A DNA stretch of 52,149 nt, taken from contig JAUCBJ010001998.1 in the NCBI GenBank assembly GCA_032718475.1, positions 1-52,149 of the forward strand, given 5' to 3'. The position numbers and the translations under genes were made by a program. Source of the stretch: Nemertoderma westbladi (lineage: Eukaryota > Animalia > Xenacoelomorpha). Below the pieces are notes generated by a model. It made no database searches, was not told the DNA's origin, and saw nothing but the letters and a program-made list of their open reading frames with translations. Within the stretch, counting starts at the first letter, position 1; each line of letters begins with the position of its first letter. Below, in pieces: positions 37,599 through 51,178 of this stretch.

Positions 37599-38403
37599 GG
37601 GTACTAGTGTGTTTTGTGCACACCTCCCCCCTCAAATTTTTTATACTAGCTAGTTTTTGTAACTTTTTAAAAAAAAAAATGTTCTAGAACATATTGTCTA
37701 TTCATTTTTTTTATTAATTTTGTTCTAGAACAAGAACAAAATTAATTAATTAGGTATTTTTGAAGTTATCAAAGCTATTTTTTTTTGTTTTATTATTTTA
37801 ATGTTCTAGAACATTTCGTCTATTCATTTTTGTAAAAAGTAATGTTCTAGAACAAATATTTTTTGTTCTAGAACAATTACAAAAAATGTTATTTTGTGGT
37901 GTTTTTTATTTGATTAGTAAGTGTTAAAAACAACCACTAACAACTACAACTTTTCATTGTAGCTAGTCATTTTTATTAAATGTGATAATACAAAGATAAC
38001 ACAGAATAAAAAATTAACAAAATTACAAATTAGCTAGTTTATTTTGTTTTTTTGTTCTAGAACGAATAATATTTATTCCAGAACGAAAGTTTTATATTAA
38101 TTGAATAAATAATATGCTCTAGAACATTTTTTTTTTAAAAGGAAACAAAAACTAGCTAGTTTCAAAAATTTATACAAAGATAATATACAATAAAAAATGA
38201 AAAATGAAAAATATAAAAAAATTAGTTTGTTTTTTTCTATTTTTTTGTTCTAGAACAAAAAATAATTGTCCTAGAACAAAATGTTTATAATAAATGAATA
38301 GATTATATGTTCTAGGTCTATGTTCTTTTTAAAACAAAGTAACAAAAACTAGCTAGTATAAAATATTTGAGGGGGGGTGTGTGCACAAAACACACTAGTA
38401 CCC
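37599..38403. mobile_element. MITE with ~65-bp TIRs and internal TGTTCTAGAACA palindromic repeats
   Basis: GGGTACTAGTGTGTTTTGTGCACAC...ATACTAGCTAGTTTTTGT / ACAAAAACTAGCTAGTAT...GTGTGCACAAAACACACTAGTACCC. TSD unclear, superfamily not assigned. Confidence 0.88.
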
Positions 38404-38481
38404 AATTAATCAGTCATCTGCATGTAGTAGAGATGGAGCTGTCCTTCCCTATGCCAATCACCCCCACCGCTCACCTCCACA

Positions 38482-40556
38482 TGTAAAAACATCTTACACT
38501 TCACATCACCTGTCTGTAAAACATCTTACACTTCACATCACCTGTCTGTAAAACATCTTACACTTCACATCACCTGTCTGTAAAACCATCTTACACTTCA
38601 CATCACCTGTCTGTAAAACATCTTACACTTCACATCACCTGTCTGTAAAACATCTTACACTTCACATCACCTGTCTGTAAAACATCTTACACCTCACATC
38701 ACCTGTCTGTAAAACATCTTACACTTCACATCACCTGTCTGTAAAACATCTTACACTTCACATCACCTGTCTGTAAAAACATCTTACACTTCACATCACC
38801 TGTCTGTAAAACATCTTACACTTCACATCACCTGTCTGTAAAACATCTTACACTTCACATCACCTGTCTGTAAAACATCTTACACCTCACATCACCTGTC
38901 TGTAAAACATCTTACACTTCACATCACCTGTCTGTAAAACATCTTACACTTCACATCACCTGTCTGTAAAACATCTTACACTTCACATCACCTGTCTGTA
39001 AAAACATCTTACACTTCACATCACCTGTCTGTAAAACATCTTACACTTCACATCACCTGTCTGTAAAACATCTTACACTTCACATCACCTGTCTGTAAAA
39101 ACATCTTACACTTCACATCACCTGTCTGTAAAACATCTTACACTTCACATCACCTGTCTGTAAAACATCTTACACTTCACATCACCTGTCTGTAAAACAT
39201 CTTACACTTCACATCACCTGTCTGTAAAACATCTTACACTTCACATCACCTGTATGTAAAATATCTTACACTTCACATCACCTGTCTGTAAAACATATTA
39301 CACTTCACATCACCTGTCTGTAAAACATCTTACACTTCACATCACCTGTATGTAAAATATCTTACACTTCACATCACCTGTCTGTAAAACATCTTACACT
39401 TCACATCACCTGTCTGTAAAACATCTTACACTTCACATCACCTGTCTGTAAAACATCTTACACTTCACATCACCTGTCTGTAAAACATCTTACACTTCAC
39501 ATCACCTGTCTGTAAAAACATCTTACACTTCACATCACCTGTCTGTAAAACATCTTACACTTCACATCACCTGTCTGTAAACATCTTACACTTCACATCA
39601 CCTGTCTGTAAAACATCTTACACTTCACATCACCTGTCTGGAAAACATCTTACACTTCACATCACCTGTCTGTAAAACATCTTACACTTCACATCACTTG
39701 TCTGTAAAACATCTTACACTTCACATCACCTGTCTGTAAAACATCTTACACTTCACATCACCTGTCTGTAAAAACATCTTACACTTCACATCACCTGTCT
39801 GTAAAACATCTTACACTTCACATCACCTGTCTGTAAAACATCTTACACTTCACATCACCTGTCAGTAAAACATCTTACACTTCACATCACCTGTCTGTAA
39901 AACATCTTACACTTCACATCACCTGTCTGTAAAACATCTTACACTTCACATCACCTGTCTGTAAAAACATCTTACACTTCACATCACCTGTCTGTAAAAA
40001 CATCTTACACTTCACATCACCTGTCTGTAAAACATCTTACACTTCACATCACCTGTCTGTAAAATATCTTACACCTCACATCACCTGTCTGTAAAACATA
40101 TTACACTTCACATCACCTGTCTGTAAAACATCTTACACTTCACATCACCTGTCTGTAAAACATCTTCCACTTCACATCACCTGTCTGTAAAACATCTTAT
40201 ACTTCACATCACCTGTCTGTAAAAACATCTTACACTTCACATCACTGGTCTGTAAAAACATCTTACACTTCACATCACCTGTCTGTAAAACATCTTACAC
40301 TTCACATCACCTGTCTGTAAAACATCTTACACTTCACAACACCTGTCTGTAAAACATCTTACACTTCACATTACCTCTCTGTAAAACATCTTACACTTCA
40401 CATCACCTGTCTGTAAAACATCTTACACTTCACATCACCTGTCTGTAAAACATCTTACACTTCACATCACCTGTATGTAAAACATCTTACACTTCACATC
40501 ACCTGTCTGTAAAACATCTTACACTTCACATCACCTGTCTGTAAAACATCTTACAC
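38482..40556. repeat. Tandem array, 32-bp unit, ~65 copies
   Basis: Unit TGTAAAACATCTTACACTTCACATCACCTGTC, with A-run length variants. Confidence 0.98.
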
Positions 40557-41087
40557 AAAATTTGCCATAACTTTTGAGTACATGCAGGGATTCTGCTCAA
40601 ATTACGTGCAAACCTTTTCTACGTCAATTCTCTTTCAACATAATTAATAAAATTTAAGAAATTCCATCAAAAATATTTTATCTTACTTTTTTCGCCGGGA
40701 AAAAAGTATAATCAATGCAATCCTATGGGTTACTTTTTCCCCCAGGGAAAAAAGTACAACTTTTTCTCCCGATTTTGGTCTAAATTCGAGCGAAAAAGTA
40801 ACAATGTAAGAATAAAATAAATTCTGGGTGTACGTACAGGACAGGACGTATGCTCTATCTTTATTTCTGGCGGGATATTTAATTTAATACTAAATAAGAT
40901 CTGTACCCCAGTACTGTACCAACAGACTAACAGACCAAAGCACCAAACGCTCACTGAGACTGAAAGGCAGAAAGGAAGAGCAAACGTTTTATTTCTATAA
41001 TAATTTGTGAGTTGAATGTAATTTTAGGTACCGGTAGGTCTTGTCTTCCGCATTCAGGCATTACAGGTAGGCCTACATCAAACGAAC

Positions 41088-42978
41088 ATGGCGAACCGTT
41101 GGAAACACGTGACAAATATGATCGAGCGGTCTGGCCCGTTTACGCACCCGGAGTTCACGGCAAGCGATGAGAATCTATCCATTATGCGAGAATATGTCAA
41201 GGTGAGATAAAAAATAGGCTTCAGCAGTGCGAGGGGCACCACGATCACACAATACTGCGATACCAACATTTTTTATATCGGCTGTATTACCGGCAGACCG
41301 GAGACAGGTAGGCCTACTGCATCCTCTACACCTCTCTGCCTCTACTTAATAAAGTAGCAGGATTTAATGTGGTGTGGTTTGTGGTTCCTGTTGTTATTAC
41401 TGTTCTTTGTTACTTTATCTATTCGAATGTTGATTTCTCTAGGTTTTGGTAGTTGGTGCTGGCGGCCTCGGTTGCGAACTCCTCAAAAACCTCGCACTCA
41501 ACGGCTTCGTTAATATACATGTAATTGATATGGACACCATCGACGTGTCCAACCTGAACCGACAGTTCCTATTCCGCCAGTCGGATGTCTGTAAGTCCAA
41601 GGCGGAAGTTGCAGCGGCCTTCATTAACGAACGGATCCCTGGCGCTAAAGTTACTCCCCACTTCGCTAAGATACAGGATTTCGACGAGGAGTTTTATGGG
41701 TCGTTTGAAGTAAGTCCAGGAACGTGTTGGAATCTTATTAAATTTAGTTTCGATAATTTTATGCCAAATACGTTGTTTGTTGGATAATATGTGTAATTTT
41801 ATTTTTAATGTTCTTTTAGAACTTTCCCGAGATTAAATTCCTCGCCACTTACTTGCATCATCTCCTTGCTCGGCTACTAAACAGTCTTCAACCCGAGTTC
41901 TATAAAATGATGTTTACATGAAGTAAATAAACAATTTATTAGTAATAATATATTCTGTTAGATAATAATCTGTGGACTGGATTCTGTAGTGGCTCGGCGT
42001 TGGCTGAACAATATGATTGTCGGTTTACTCCGGTACGACGAAAACGACGAGGTGGATGAGAGCAGCGTGAAACCGCTGATAGACGGGGGTACAGAGGGGT
42101 TTAAGGGTAACGTCCGGGTCATTCTACCAGGTCGCAGCCCCTGTATAGAATGCACGCTGAATCTGTACCCGCCCCAGATCACTTACCCCCTGTGTACCAT
42201 CGCGCACACGCCTAGACTACCCGAACATTGTGTGGAATACGTTAGGCTGTTGTTGTGGCCCCAGGATCAACCCTTCGGAGACAAGGTAAATATAATCTGA
42301 AAATCCATGCGTCTTCATAAATATCAGTAAAAAAACAATGAGGCATCACGAGTGTAATATAATTAATGAAACTTGTTTCATTAGGTTTCTATTGACGGAG
42401 ATGATCCGCAGCATATTAACTGGATCTTTACGCGATCCATCGAACGAGCCAACGACCACTCGATCCAAGGAGTCACCTACCGCCTCGTCCAGGGCGTCAT
42501 CAAGCACATAGTCCCCGCGGTGGCCTCAACCAATGCCGTGATCGCCGCCCAGTGCGCCACGGAAGCCCTCAAACTCGCCACGTGCGCCGCCCCTCCCTTG
42601 AACAACTACATGGTGTTCAACGACACCGACGGGGTCTATTCCTACTCGTTCGAGGGGGAACGCAATCCGGACTGCCCCACGTGCAGCTCGAAACCCATTC
42701 GTGTAGCGGCGCGACGCGGCGACACGCTAAAGGCTGTGCTCGTTAAAGTGGAGGAGGAACTCGGACTGAGAGGAGTGAAGGCTGTGACGACAGTCGGGTC
42801 CGACGGGGGTAACAGGACACTCTACATGTCGGTCCTACACGAACAGACAAGGAAGAACTTAGAGAAGACGTTGATAGATTTAGGGTTACATGAGGGTCAA
42901 GAGGTTTATATTGTGGATGAGACGCGGCCTAATCACGTCACCATACAATTACATTACACAGAGCTCGTAGAATCGTAA
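41088..42978 (+). CDS. UBA3: NEDD8-activating enzyme E1 catalytic subunit; exons 41088-41201, 41443-41709, 41962-42285, 42385-42978 (432 aa)
   Basis: [58 protein letters not shown], catalytic [16 protein letters not shown] and [12 protein letters not shown]. Three phase-0 GT-AG introns give one continuous frame. Confidence 0.96.
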
Positions 42979-43722
42979 TTGCATACCGAACAAATGCACT
43001 CAAATCCATGTCACTTTGCAGTCATGAAGGTTGAATATGTATATATTGTGTACAACTTATTTATTCTAATAAAAAATGTAATATTTTCGATCTTATTGAT
43101 TGCAATATTTTATTTGATATTAGGCCTTTCAATACATCACGTATTATCTATTGGGCGGCGTTACATAAGGAAATCATTCAATAGCCGTACTGGATCATTC
43201 AAGTGGTTTTCGCTATAATAACGGTGACGCACAGTGTATCGGTACGTCGGACAAATTGGTAGAGGGTTTCTTGGTAACTATACCGAATCACTAAACAAAT
43301 GCCTTTATGAATGGGAGAATCTTTTAGGCTCGTTAAGCCAAGGAATGCCTGTTCACCACCATGGGTGATCTTCCACAGCATTTATTTAATAGAATAAATA
43401 GCCTACAGCGAACAATAATTCTTGCAATCTTTGATGAGATATTTATACATATCTTGTATCCAGAAACTAAGTCAATTTTTGTGATAATGAAAAATTAGCA
43501 AAATTATTTAATTAGTCGAGTCAATCTAGCAAAAACCCTAGTATTTCGCAATCAATCCGAACCACATATTTTGGATTCTATATTACCTTAGTTAATGCCC
43601 AAAAAAAGTCTATAAAATTTTATTTTACGGATCATATTATGTTTATTCATGTAAGTTCTGCGTAAATTTTCATAACACAAGCCAAACAAAAGGAACAGTA
43701 GGCTAAAGTAAGTAGCAAATTG

Positions 43723-45845
43723 GGGTCAGAGTAAAACGCGGATCCGGATCAGGATCCGGATTCTATCATTTAACATTGTCCCAATGGAAGTCGACTGAAT
43801 TTACATTTTTATGGTGTAATCTGCGGATCCGCGCACTGCTAAATTTACCGAATCCGTAACCGAGTGTAAAATGCGGATTGGCCTTTTTTTCAGATCCGGA
43901 AAGGAGTGTAAAGCGCGTATTCATGTTTTAGGCTAAATCCTGAACGGAGAAATTAGTAAGTTTTAATGAACAATTTGTAAAACGCATATGCAATAAAGAC
44001 CCAGACCCCCATCTAGTTACAATTGTAATTACACTTTTGTAATTATCGTAAATCCGTGTTTTACACTCCATTCCAGATCCAACAAAACTTGGTAATTAAC
44101 GAAAATCCGTGTTTTATACTCCATTCCGGATCCAACAAAACTTGATAATTATCGAAAATCCGTGATTTACACTCCATTCCGGATCCAATAAAACTTGGTA
44201 ATTAACGAAAATCCGTGTTTTACACTCTATTCCGGATCCAACAAAACTTGGTATTTCACGAAAATCCGTGTTTTACACTCCATTCCGGATCCAACAAAAC
44301 TTGGTAATTAACAAAAATCCGTGTTTTACACTCCATTCCGGATCCATTAAAACTTGGTAATTAACGAAAATCCGTGTTTTACACTCCATTCCGGATCCAA
44401 CAAAACTTGGTAATTACAAAAATCCGTGTTTTACACTCCATTCCGGATCCATTAAAACTTGGTAATTAACGTAAATCCGTGTTTTACACTCCATTCCGGA
44501 TCCAACAAAACTTGGTAATTAACGTAAATCCGTGTTTTACACTCCATTCCGGATCCAATAAAACTTGGTAATTAACGTAAATCCGTGTTTTACACTCCAT
44601 TCCGGATCCAACAAAACTTGGTAATTAACGAAAATCCGTGTTTTACACTGCATTCCGGATCCAACAAAACTTGGTAATTAACGAAAATCCGTGTTTTACA
44701 CTCCATTCCGGATCCAACAAAACTTGGTAATTATCGAAAATCCGTGTTTTACACTCCATTCCGGATCCAACAAAACTTGGTAATTAAACGAAAATCCGTG
44801 TTTTACACTCCATTCCGGATCCAACAAAACTTGGTAATTAACGAAAATACGTGTTTTACACTCCATTCCGGATCCAATAAAACGTGGTAATTAACGAAAA
44901 TCCGTGTTTTACACTCCATTCCGGATCGAATAAAACTTGGTAATTAACGTAAATCCGTGTTTTACACTCCATTCCGGATCCAACAAAACTTGGTAATTAA
45001 CGAAAATCCGTGTTTTACACTCCATTCCGGATCCAATAAAACTTGGTAATTAACTTAAATCCGTGTTTTACACTCCATTCCGGATCCAATAAAACTTGGT
45101 AATTAACTTAAATCCGTGTTTTGCACTCCATTCCAGATCCAACAAAACTTGGTAATTAAAGAAAATCCGTGTTTTACACTCCATTCCGGATCCAACAAAA
45201 CTTGGTAATTAACGAAAATCCGTGTTTTACACTCCATTCCGGATCCAATAAAACTTGGTAATTAACGAAAATCCGTGTTTTACACTCCATTTCGGATCCA
45301 ACAAAACTTGGTAATTAAAGAAAATCCGTGTTTTACACTCCATTCCGGATCCAACAAAACTTGGTAATTAAAGAAAATCCGTGTTTTACACTCCATTCCG
45401 GATCCAACAAAACTTGGTAATTAACGTAAATCCGTGTTTTACACTCCATTCCGGATCCAATAAAACTTGGTAATTAACGTAAATCCGTGTTTTACACTCC
45501 ATTCCGGATCCAACAAAACTTGGTAATTAACGAAAATCCGTGTTTTACACTCCATTCCGGATTCAATAAAACTTGGTAATTAACGTAAATCCGTGTTTTA
45601 CACTCCATTCCGGATTCAATAAAACTTGGTAATTAACGTAAATCCGTGTTTTACACTCCATTCCGGATTCACAAAATATATGAATCTGCGTTTTACACTA
45701 CAATACGGATTGCGTATTTCAGAATCCGCATATTACACTCAGTTACGGATTGTATGTAAAATCCGTATCCGCCTTTTACACTCGCAAATCCGGGTCCTGA
45801 TCCGTATCCGGATCCAGAATCCGGATCCGCGTTTTACACCTACCC
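43723..45845. mobile_element. Mutator (MULE)-like non-autonomous element with 9-bp TSD
   Basis: TIRs GGGTCAGAGTAAAACGCGGATCCGGAT / ATCCGGATCCGCGTTTTACACCTACCC. AGCAAATTG is duplicated at 43714-43722 and 45846-45854. Confidence 0.85.
44038..45670. repeat. Tandem array, 53-bp unit, ~30 copies, inside the MULE-like element
   Basis: Unit AAATCCGTGTTTTACACTCCATTCCGGATCCAACAAAACTTGGTAATTAACGA. Confidence 0.97.
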
Positions 45846-46351
45846 AGCAAATTGGTGATGTTCCAGAATAATTTAATTAATTTCACAATAAGCTGAGATT
45901 CAATGGGAAATTAATAATATTTCAACTGGCGTGTTACACATTAATTGTTATATCTCGGCAACCAGATGTCGCATCTAATTTTTAAATTTATGTAAAAAAA
46001 TTACCGATATATTAATTAAGGTAATTGATGAATAAAATGTTATATAATTTAACTGCAGGGATGGGTAATATTTTCCTTTAATGTTAGCGAAGAATTTTCA
46101 CATAATAAAATCGGGATTTCTGTATTGCATTTAGGTGTAATTTATTTATTTGTTTTAGTTTAAAAATCAAAATAGTTTATCATATGGCTGGGAATTTTTT
46201 GGGAGTAAGGAGTACGGGAAGTGTTTTTGGGGCTAAAACGTGCTAAAGTTACGCTGCACAGTAGTTTCTGTTTCATTTATTGTTTTGGTGTAATGATTGT
46301 TATTGTAGGCGGCCCTATTTCAAAATTCAATTGAAATACAATATAACTATG

Positions 46352-46491
46352 TACATCATTGTGTGCTAAGCAGCACTTTGCAGCGTTATGACCCGAGTTT
46401 ATTTATGTACCGAGCGAGCGCAGCGAGGTTTACATAAGTAAACAAGGGTCTTCAACGCTCAAAAGTGACATTTGCTCACAATGATGATGTA
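46352..46491. mobile_element. Small (~140-bp) hairpin MITE
   Basis: TACATCATTGTGTGC...CACTTTGCAGCGTT..GACCC..GTTTATTTATGTA pairs with ACATAAGTAAAC..GGGTC..AACGCTCAAAAGTG...GCTCACAATGATG. Confidence 0.6.
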
Positions 46492-46498
46492 ATTTTGT

Positions 46499-48334
46499 AC
46501 TCCTCTATGGGAGTCCATGCTGGGCTCTAACTGCTGAGGACACCAAATCTTTGGATGGCACATTCACAAGAATGCTACGCCGGGTTCATTGTGTCAAGTA
46601 CAATGCACACATCTCCAACCAGACACTATATAACATTGGAGGTGTCTCATTGGTTCCCCCAAGCTTGACACTAGAATAAAATCGACTCCGCTTTGCAGGA
46701 CATTGCTTTCGCCGTGAGGACCAGCCAGTGCATAATCTTGTACTTTGGCAGCCTCATGGAGTGAATAAGCATGGTGGACAGCCCATGACTTTCTTGAGAC
46801 GCATCTTAAAGGACACTGGCCTTGAAGATGCGGATGATGTAGCAAATGTCATGGGTGATAGGTAGTGTTGAGAACTGAATCAATTTTGACTAATTTCAGT
46901 TACAGTTTCAGTATTCAAAGTTTTGCATTTCAGTTACAGTTTCAGTATTCAAAGTTTTGCATTTCAGTTACAGTTACAGTTTCAGTATTACAAAGTGTAA
47001 CATTTCAGTTACAGTTACAGTTTCAGTATTACAAAATTGAGCATTTCAGTTTCAGTTACAGTTTCAGTTATAGATTCAATATATATGATCTCACGTAGTA
47101 AGCAGTCATCTGAAACTAAAAATGAGGCACTTTAATATATTACTGTTATATACGCTAATAATAATGTTCATTACGAAACGTCCTCTTTCTAGAGCTAATA
47201 GGTAGTTGTTGTAGGAAAGTTGGACCCACTCTATGGTAATATTTTGTAACTAATATACTGATAGTATGTAATGAAAGTGGCACGTCACAAGATCACACTA
47301 AGCACCCACATTTTACTGTACATCTTGTTTCAGTGCTTGTACAGTACTGTTATCATTTATTGTTTTGGTTATAAAGCCATGCTTCTGAATCCTGCTCATT
47401 TTCCTTAATTCGTAATTTGTTTTAGTAATCATATATTTATTGTTTTGGTTAGACCCACCTCGATAAGCTGCTCCTTTCACTTTTAAGTTTAATTTTGTAA
47501 TTTATAATGGTAAACTTGATCAAAATTTATTTTCCAGTGTGCCTCTAGTGTGATTGTGATATTAATAGTACCGGTAACATTAATAATTAATAATGTAAAA
47601 TATATATCAATTAATATCCCTCTACCATTAGGCCTAACTTTTCTTTGTTTATCTAAAACATTTACATTTAATATGAAGCAAAAGTGGTGATAAGGCTGAT
47701 AATAGTCTAATAGTTGAGACAGATAAACATAGACTATATGCTACTGTAGATCTTCGTTCACTACTTGACTCGCCAAATAAATCACATTTGAGCTAAGTGG
47801 GCAATGGGTCTTTGATTTTATCTTGTGTAATATTATGGTTTTGTTCAGAAGTGGAAAAAATGAGATTGTTTTTTTATAACAATGTTTTAAAAATGATACC
47901 TATGGTAACCACTGTTATTCATTTATTAAACTATACTCTATACTTTATTACAATACTGTTTTAAATGCTCATTTATGTTAATTGTGTGATTGAGAACTGA
48001 ATCGGATTTTGTTAATTTCAGTTTCAGTTACAGTTACAGTATTCAAAATTCGTAATTACAGTTTCAGTTACAGTTACAGTATTAAAAATTCGCAATTACA
48101 GTTACAGTTATAGTTACAGTATTCAAAATTCGCAATTACAGTTACAGTTATAGTTACAGTATCAAAAAAATCATCAAAACCATTCAGTTACAGTTGCAGT
48201 TACAGTATAATTACAGTTACAGTTCTCAACACTAGTGATAGGGAGTTGTGGCGGCGCAATTTTGTCGACAAGCCGGCACAGCATTCTTTAAAATGCAGCT
48301 GCAATGCAGCATGCCGATCCTAGTAGTAGTAGTA
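46499..48334 (+). mobile_element. 5'-truncated RTE-like LINE 3' fragment, split by a hAT insertion
   Basis: LLYGSPCWALT...LDGTFTRMLRR...RLRFAGHCFRREDQPVHNLVLWQP...DTGL...VMGDR|ELWRR, ending in a (TAG)n tail at 48321-48334. 10-bp TSD GTAATTTTGT at 46489-46498 and 48335-48344. Confidence 0.85.
46863..48234. mobile_element. Non-autonomous hAT element with CAGTTA/CAGTTT subterminal repeats
   Basis: Perfect 15-bp TIR TAGTGTTGAGAACTG / CAGTTCTCAACACTA. 8-bp TSD GTGATAGG at 46855-46862 and 48235-48242. Confidence 0.92.
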
Positions 48335-49505
48335 GTAATTTTGTTACATTATTTCAACTTATCAGCGTTCGGTATGTGAAACAAGGATTTTATGGATGCT
48401 CATTTATACATTTTAATCATGTACTATAACGAATATAAGTACAATTTATTAACAGGTACACAGTAATAATTATACATTTATATCTATCTAATTAAAGTAT
48501 ATTGTTGTTATCTCCTGCGTGGATGTGATAAATCTTTGATCCATCGTCGACTGAAGCAAACTGAGTCACCGTCTGTATCCCTTCAGTTTTACTGAACACT
48601 GTCGCCATATTTTCTTTGCTCATTTTCTCTAAAATGTCTTAGACTACAGTATATGACGTATGGTAGCCTATACAGTCTTACACGTTAAACAATTATTTAC
48701 ATACCGTACAGTGTAGCTAGTCCCGTCACTTCAAACTGGACGCACGCATTATGCAAACACGAGCTGCTTTATATTGAATAAAGCAGCACGCATTAATATA
48801 AATGGAAATAATACATTCTGGAATACGGTAATTGAAGTTGTTTCCATGTCATTGATTACTTCGCAGCGTTCCGTCCTATAGGCCGCAACGCAGCAAAGTA
48901 GTACTTTGCAGCGTTACGAGTAATTCATCAGAACGCTGTTAAGTTGACATGATGTGTAACAAAAACGTTTAATTTATGTTCAATCATCAATGTGAATGTT
49001 GTTAGGGGTCAAATATGTACGTTTTTATGTGAACAGAATTTGAACGCTTCATATTTTTTGGAATATTTGAACGTAATTTAAACATTACTGAACGTTTATG
49101 AATTCGTTACAATTACCGTAATATGAACGGCCACCGTTAGGTATATTTGACGTTGGCAGCGAACTAAATTCTTGATCGTCCATACGAATTATAAACGTTA
49201 TTTGGTCGTATTGTCGTACTTTGAAGGCGGTTTTGCTACTTGGGTTTTTGCTTTCATTTTCGTTACCCTAAATTGTATTTTTCTGACACTAAATTTTCAT
49301 TGTCATACTTTCGGTATTGTTGCAGGATGCCGGTTAGTAAATGAGTATGTTATTACAGTACTTTAGACTCTTTATTACAGAGTAAAATACAGTATAGACT
49401 ATAGAGGTCAGAAAAGTATTTCTTCCAAATAAATTGTGAACACATTACATTGTATTACCTACTCTATAAAATCAGAGTAACAACTCAAAATAAAATGTTT
49501 TGCTC

Positions 49506-50824
49506 ATAACACTACTAAACTAACACTAATGGATTAATGATTCCGTGCTCATTAACTACTAAACTAACACTAATGGATTAATGATTCCGTGTTCATTAAC
49601 TACTAAACTAACACTAATGGATTAATGATTCCGTGTTCATTAACTACTAAACTAACACTAATGGATTAATGATTCCGTGTTCATTAACTACTAAACTAAC
49701 ACTAATGGATTAATGATTCCGTGTTCATTAACTACTATAACACTACTAAACTAACACTAATGGATTAATGATTCCGTGTTCATTAACTACTATAACACTA
49801 CTAAACTAACACTAATGGATTAATGATTCCGTGCTCATTAACTACTAAACTAACACTAATGGATTAATGATTCCGTGTTCATTAACTACTATAACACTAC
49901 TAAACTAACACTAATGGATTAATGATTCCGTGCTCATTAACTACTAAACTAACACTAATGGATTAATGATTCCGTGCTCATTAACTACTAAACTAACACT
50001 AATGGATTAATGATTCCGTGCTCATTAACTACTAAACTAACACTAATGGATTAATGATTCCGTGTTCATTAACTACTAAACTAACACTAATGGATTAATG
50101 ATTCCGTGTTCATTAACTACTATAACACTACTAAACTAACACTAATGGATTAATGATTCCGTGTTCATTAACTACTATAACACTACTAAACTAACACTAA
50201 TGGATTAATGATTCCGTGCTCATTAACTACTAAACTAACACTAATGGATTAATGATTCCGTGTTCATTAACTACTATAACACTACTAAACTAACACTAAT
50301 GGATTAATGATTCCGTGCTCATTAACTACTAAACTAACACTAATGGATTAATGATTCCGTGCTCATTAACTACTAAACTAACACTAATGGATTAATGATT
50401 CCGTGTTCATTAACTACTATAACACTACTAAACTAACACTAATGGATTAATGATTCCGTGCTCATTAACTACTAAACTAACACTAATGGATTAATGATTC
50501 CGTGCTCATTAACTACTAAACTAACACTAATGGATTAATGATTCCGTGCTCATTAACTACTAAACTAACACTAATGGATTAATGATTCCGTGCTCATTAA
50601 CTACTAAACTAACACTAATGGATTAATGATTCCGTGCTCATTAACTACTAAACTAACACTAATGGATTAATGATTCCGTGCTCATTAACTACTAAACTAA
50701 CACTAATGGATTAATGATTCCGTGCTCATTAACTACTAAACTAACACTAATGGATTAATGATTCCGTGCTCATTAACTACTAAACTAACACTAATGGATT
50801 AATGATTCCGTGCTCATTAACTAC
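49506..50824. repeat. Tandem array, 44-bp unit with 55-bp variants, ~28 copies
   Basis: Unit CTACTAAACTAACACTAATGGATTAATGATTCCGTG(C/T)TCATTAA; some copies carry an extra CTACTATAACA. Confidence 0.97.
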
Positions 50825-51178
50825 ACCAAATAGTAGATTAAAATTGACAGTATACTCATGTAGGTTTGTTTATCACCATAAATGCACTAAAAGCGCATGT
50901 TCTCAAAAAGTACACATATTGTAAATGGTAGGTACAGTATTACAAATGTTTAACAGTTTTGATTAATTAACAGTAATTTTATGATCAATTACACATACAC
51001 ACTAAAATGCAGAACACTACGATTAAAAGCACAAGGAAAAGCTTATTAGTCTAGCATTGATTAAATCAGTTTTATGTGAATAAGGACCATAATTAGATGC
51101 TTTCAGTTTAGTTAGAATAGTTAGTTTCAACACCCGAGTCGGTTTTCTTCTATCCGATATCGGAATTGACTTTTGCAT

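Noticed and set aside
38470-40556. The 32-bp array as another splice-junction repeat (minus strand TTTTACAG and CAG|GTGATG)
   Set aside because: No adjacent coding exon could be identified, so the parallel with SPATS1 is unsupported.
7103-50824. CRISPR interpretation of the 32-53-bp arrays
   Set aside because: Units are head-to-tail with no unique spacers, there are no cas genes, and the context is eukaryotic with spliceosomal introns.
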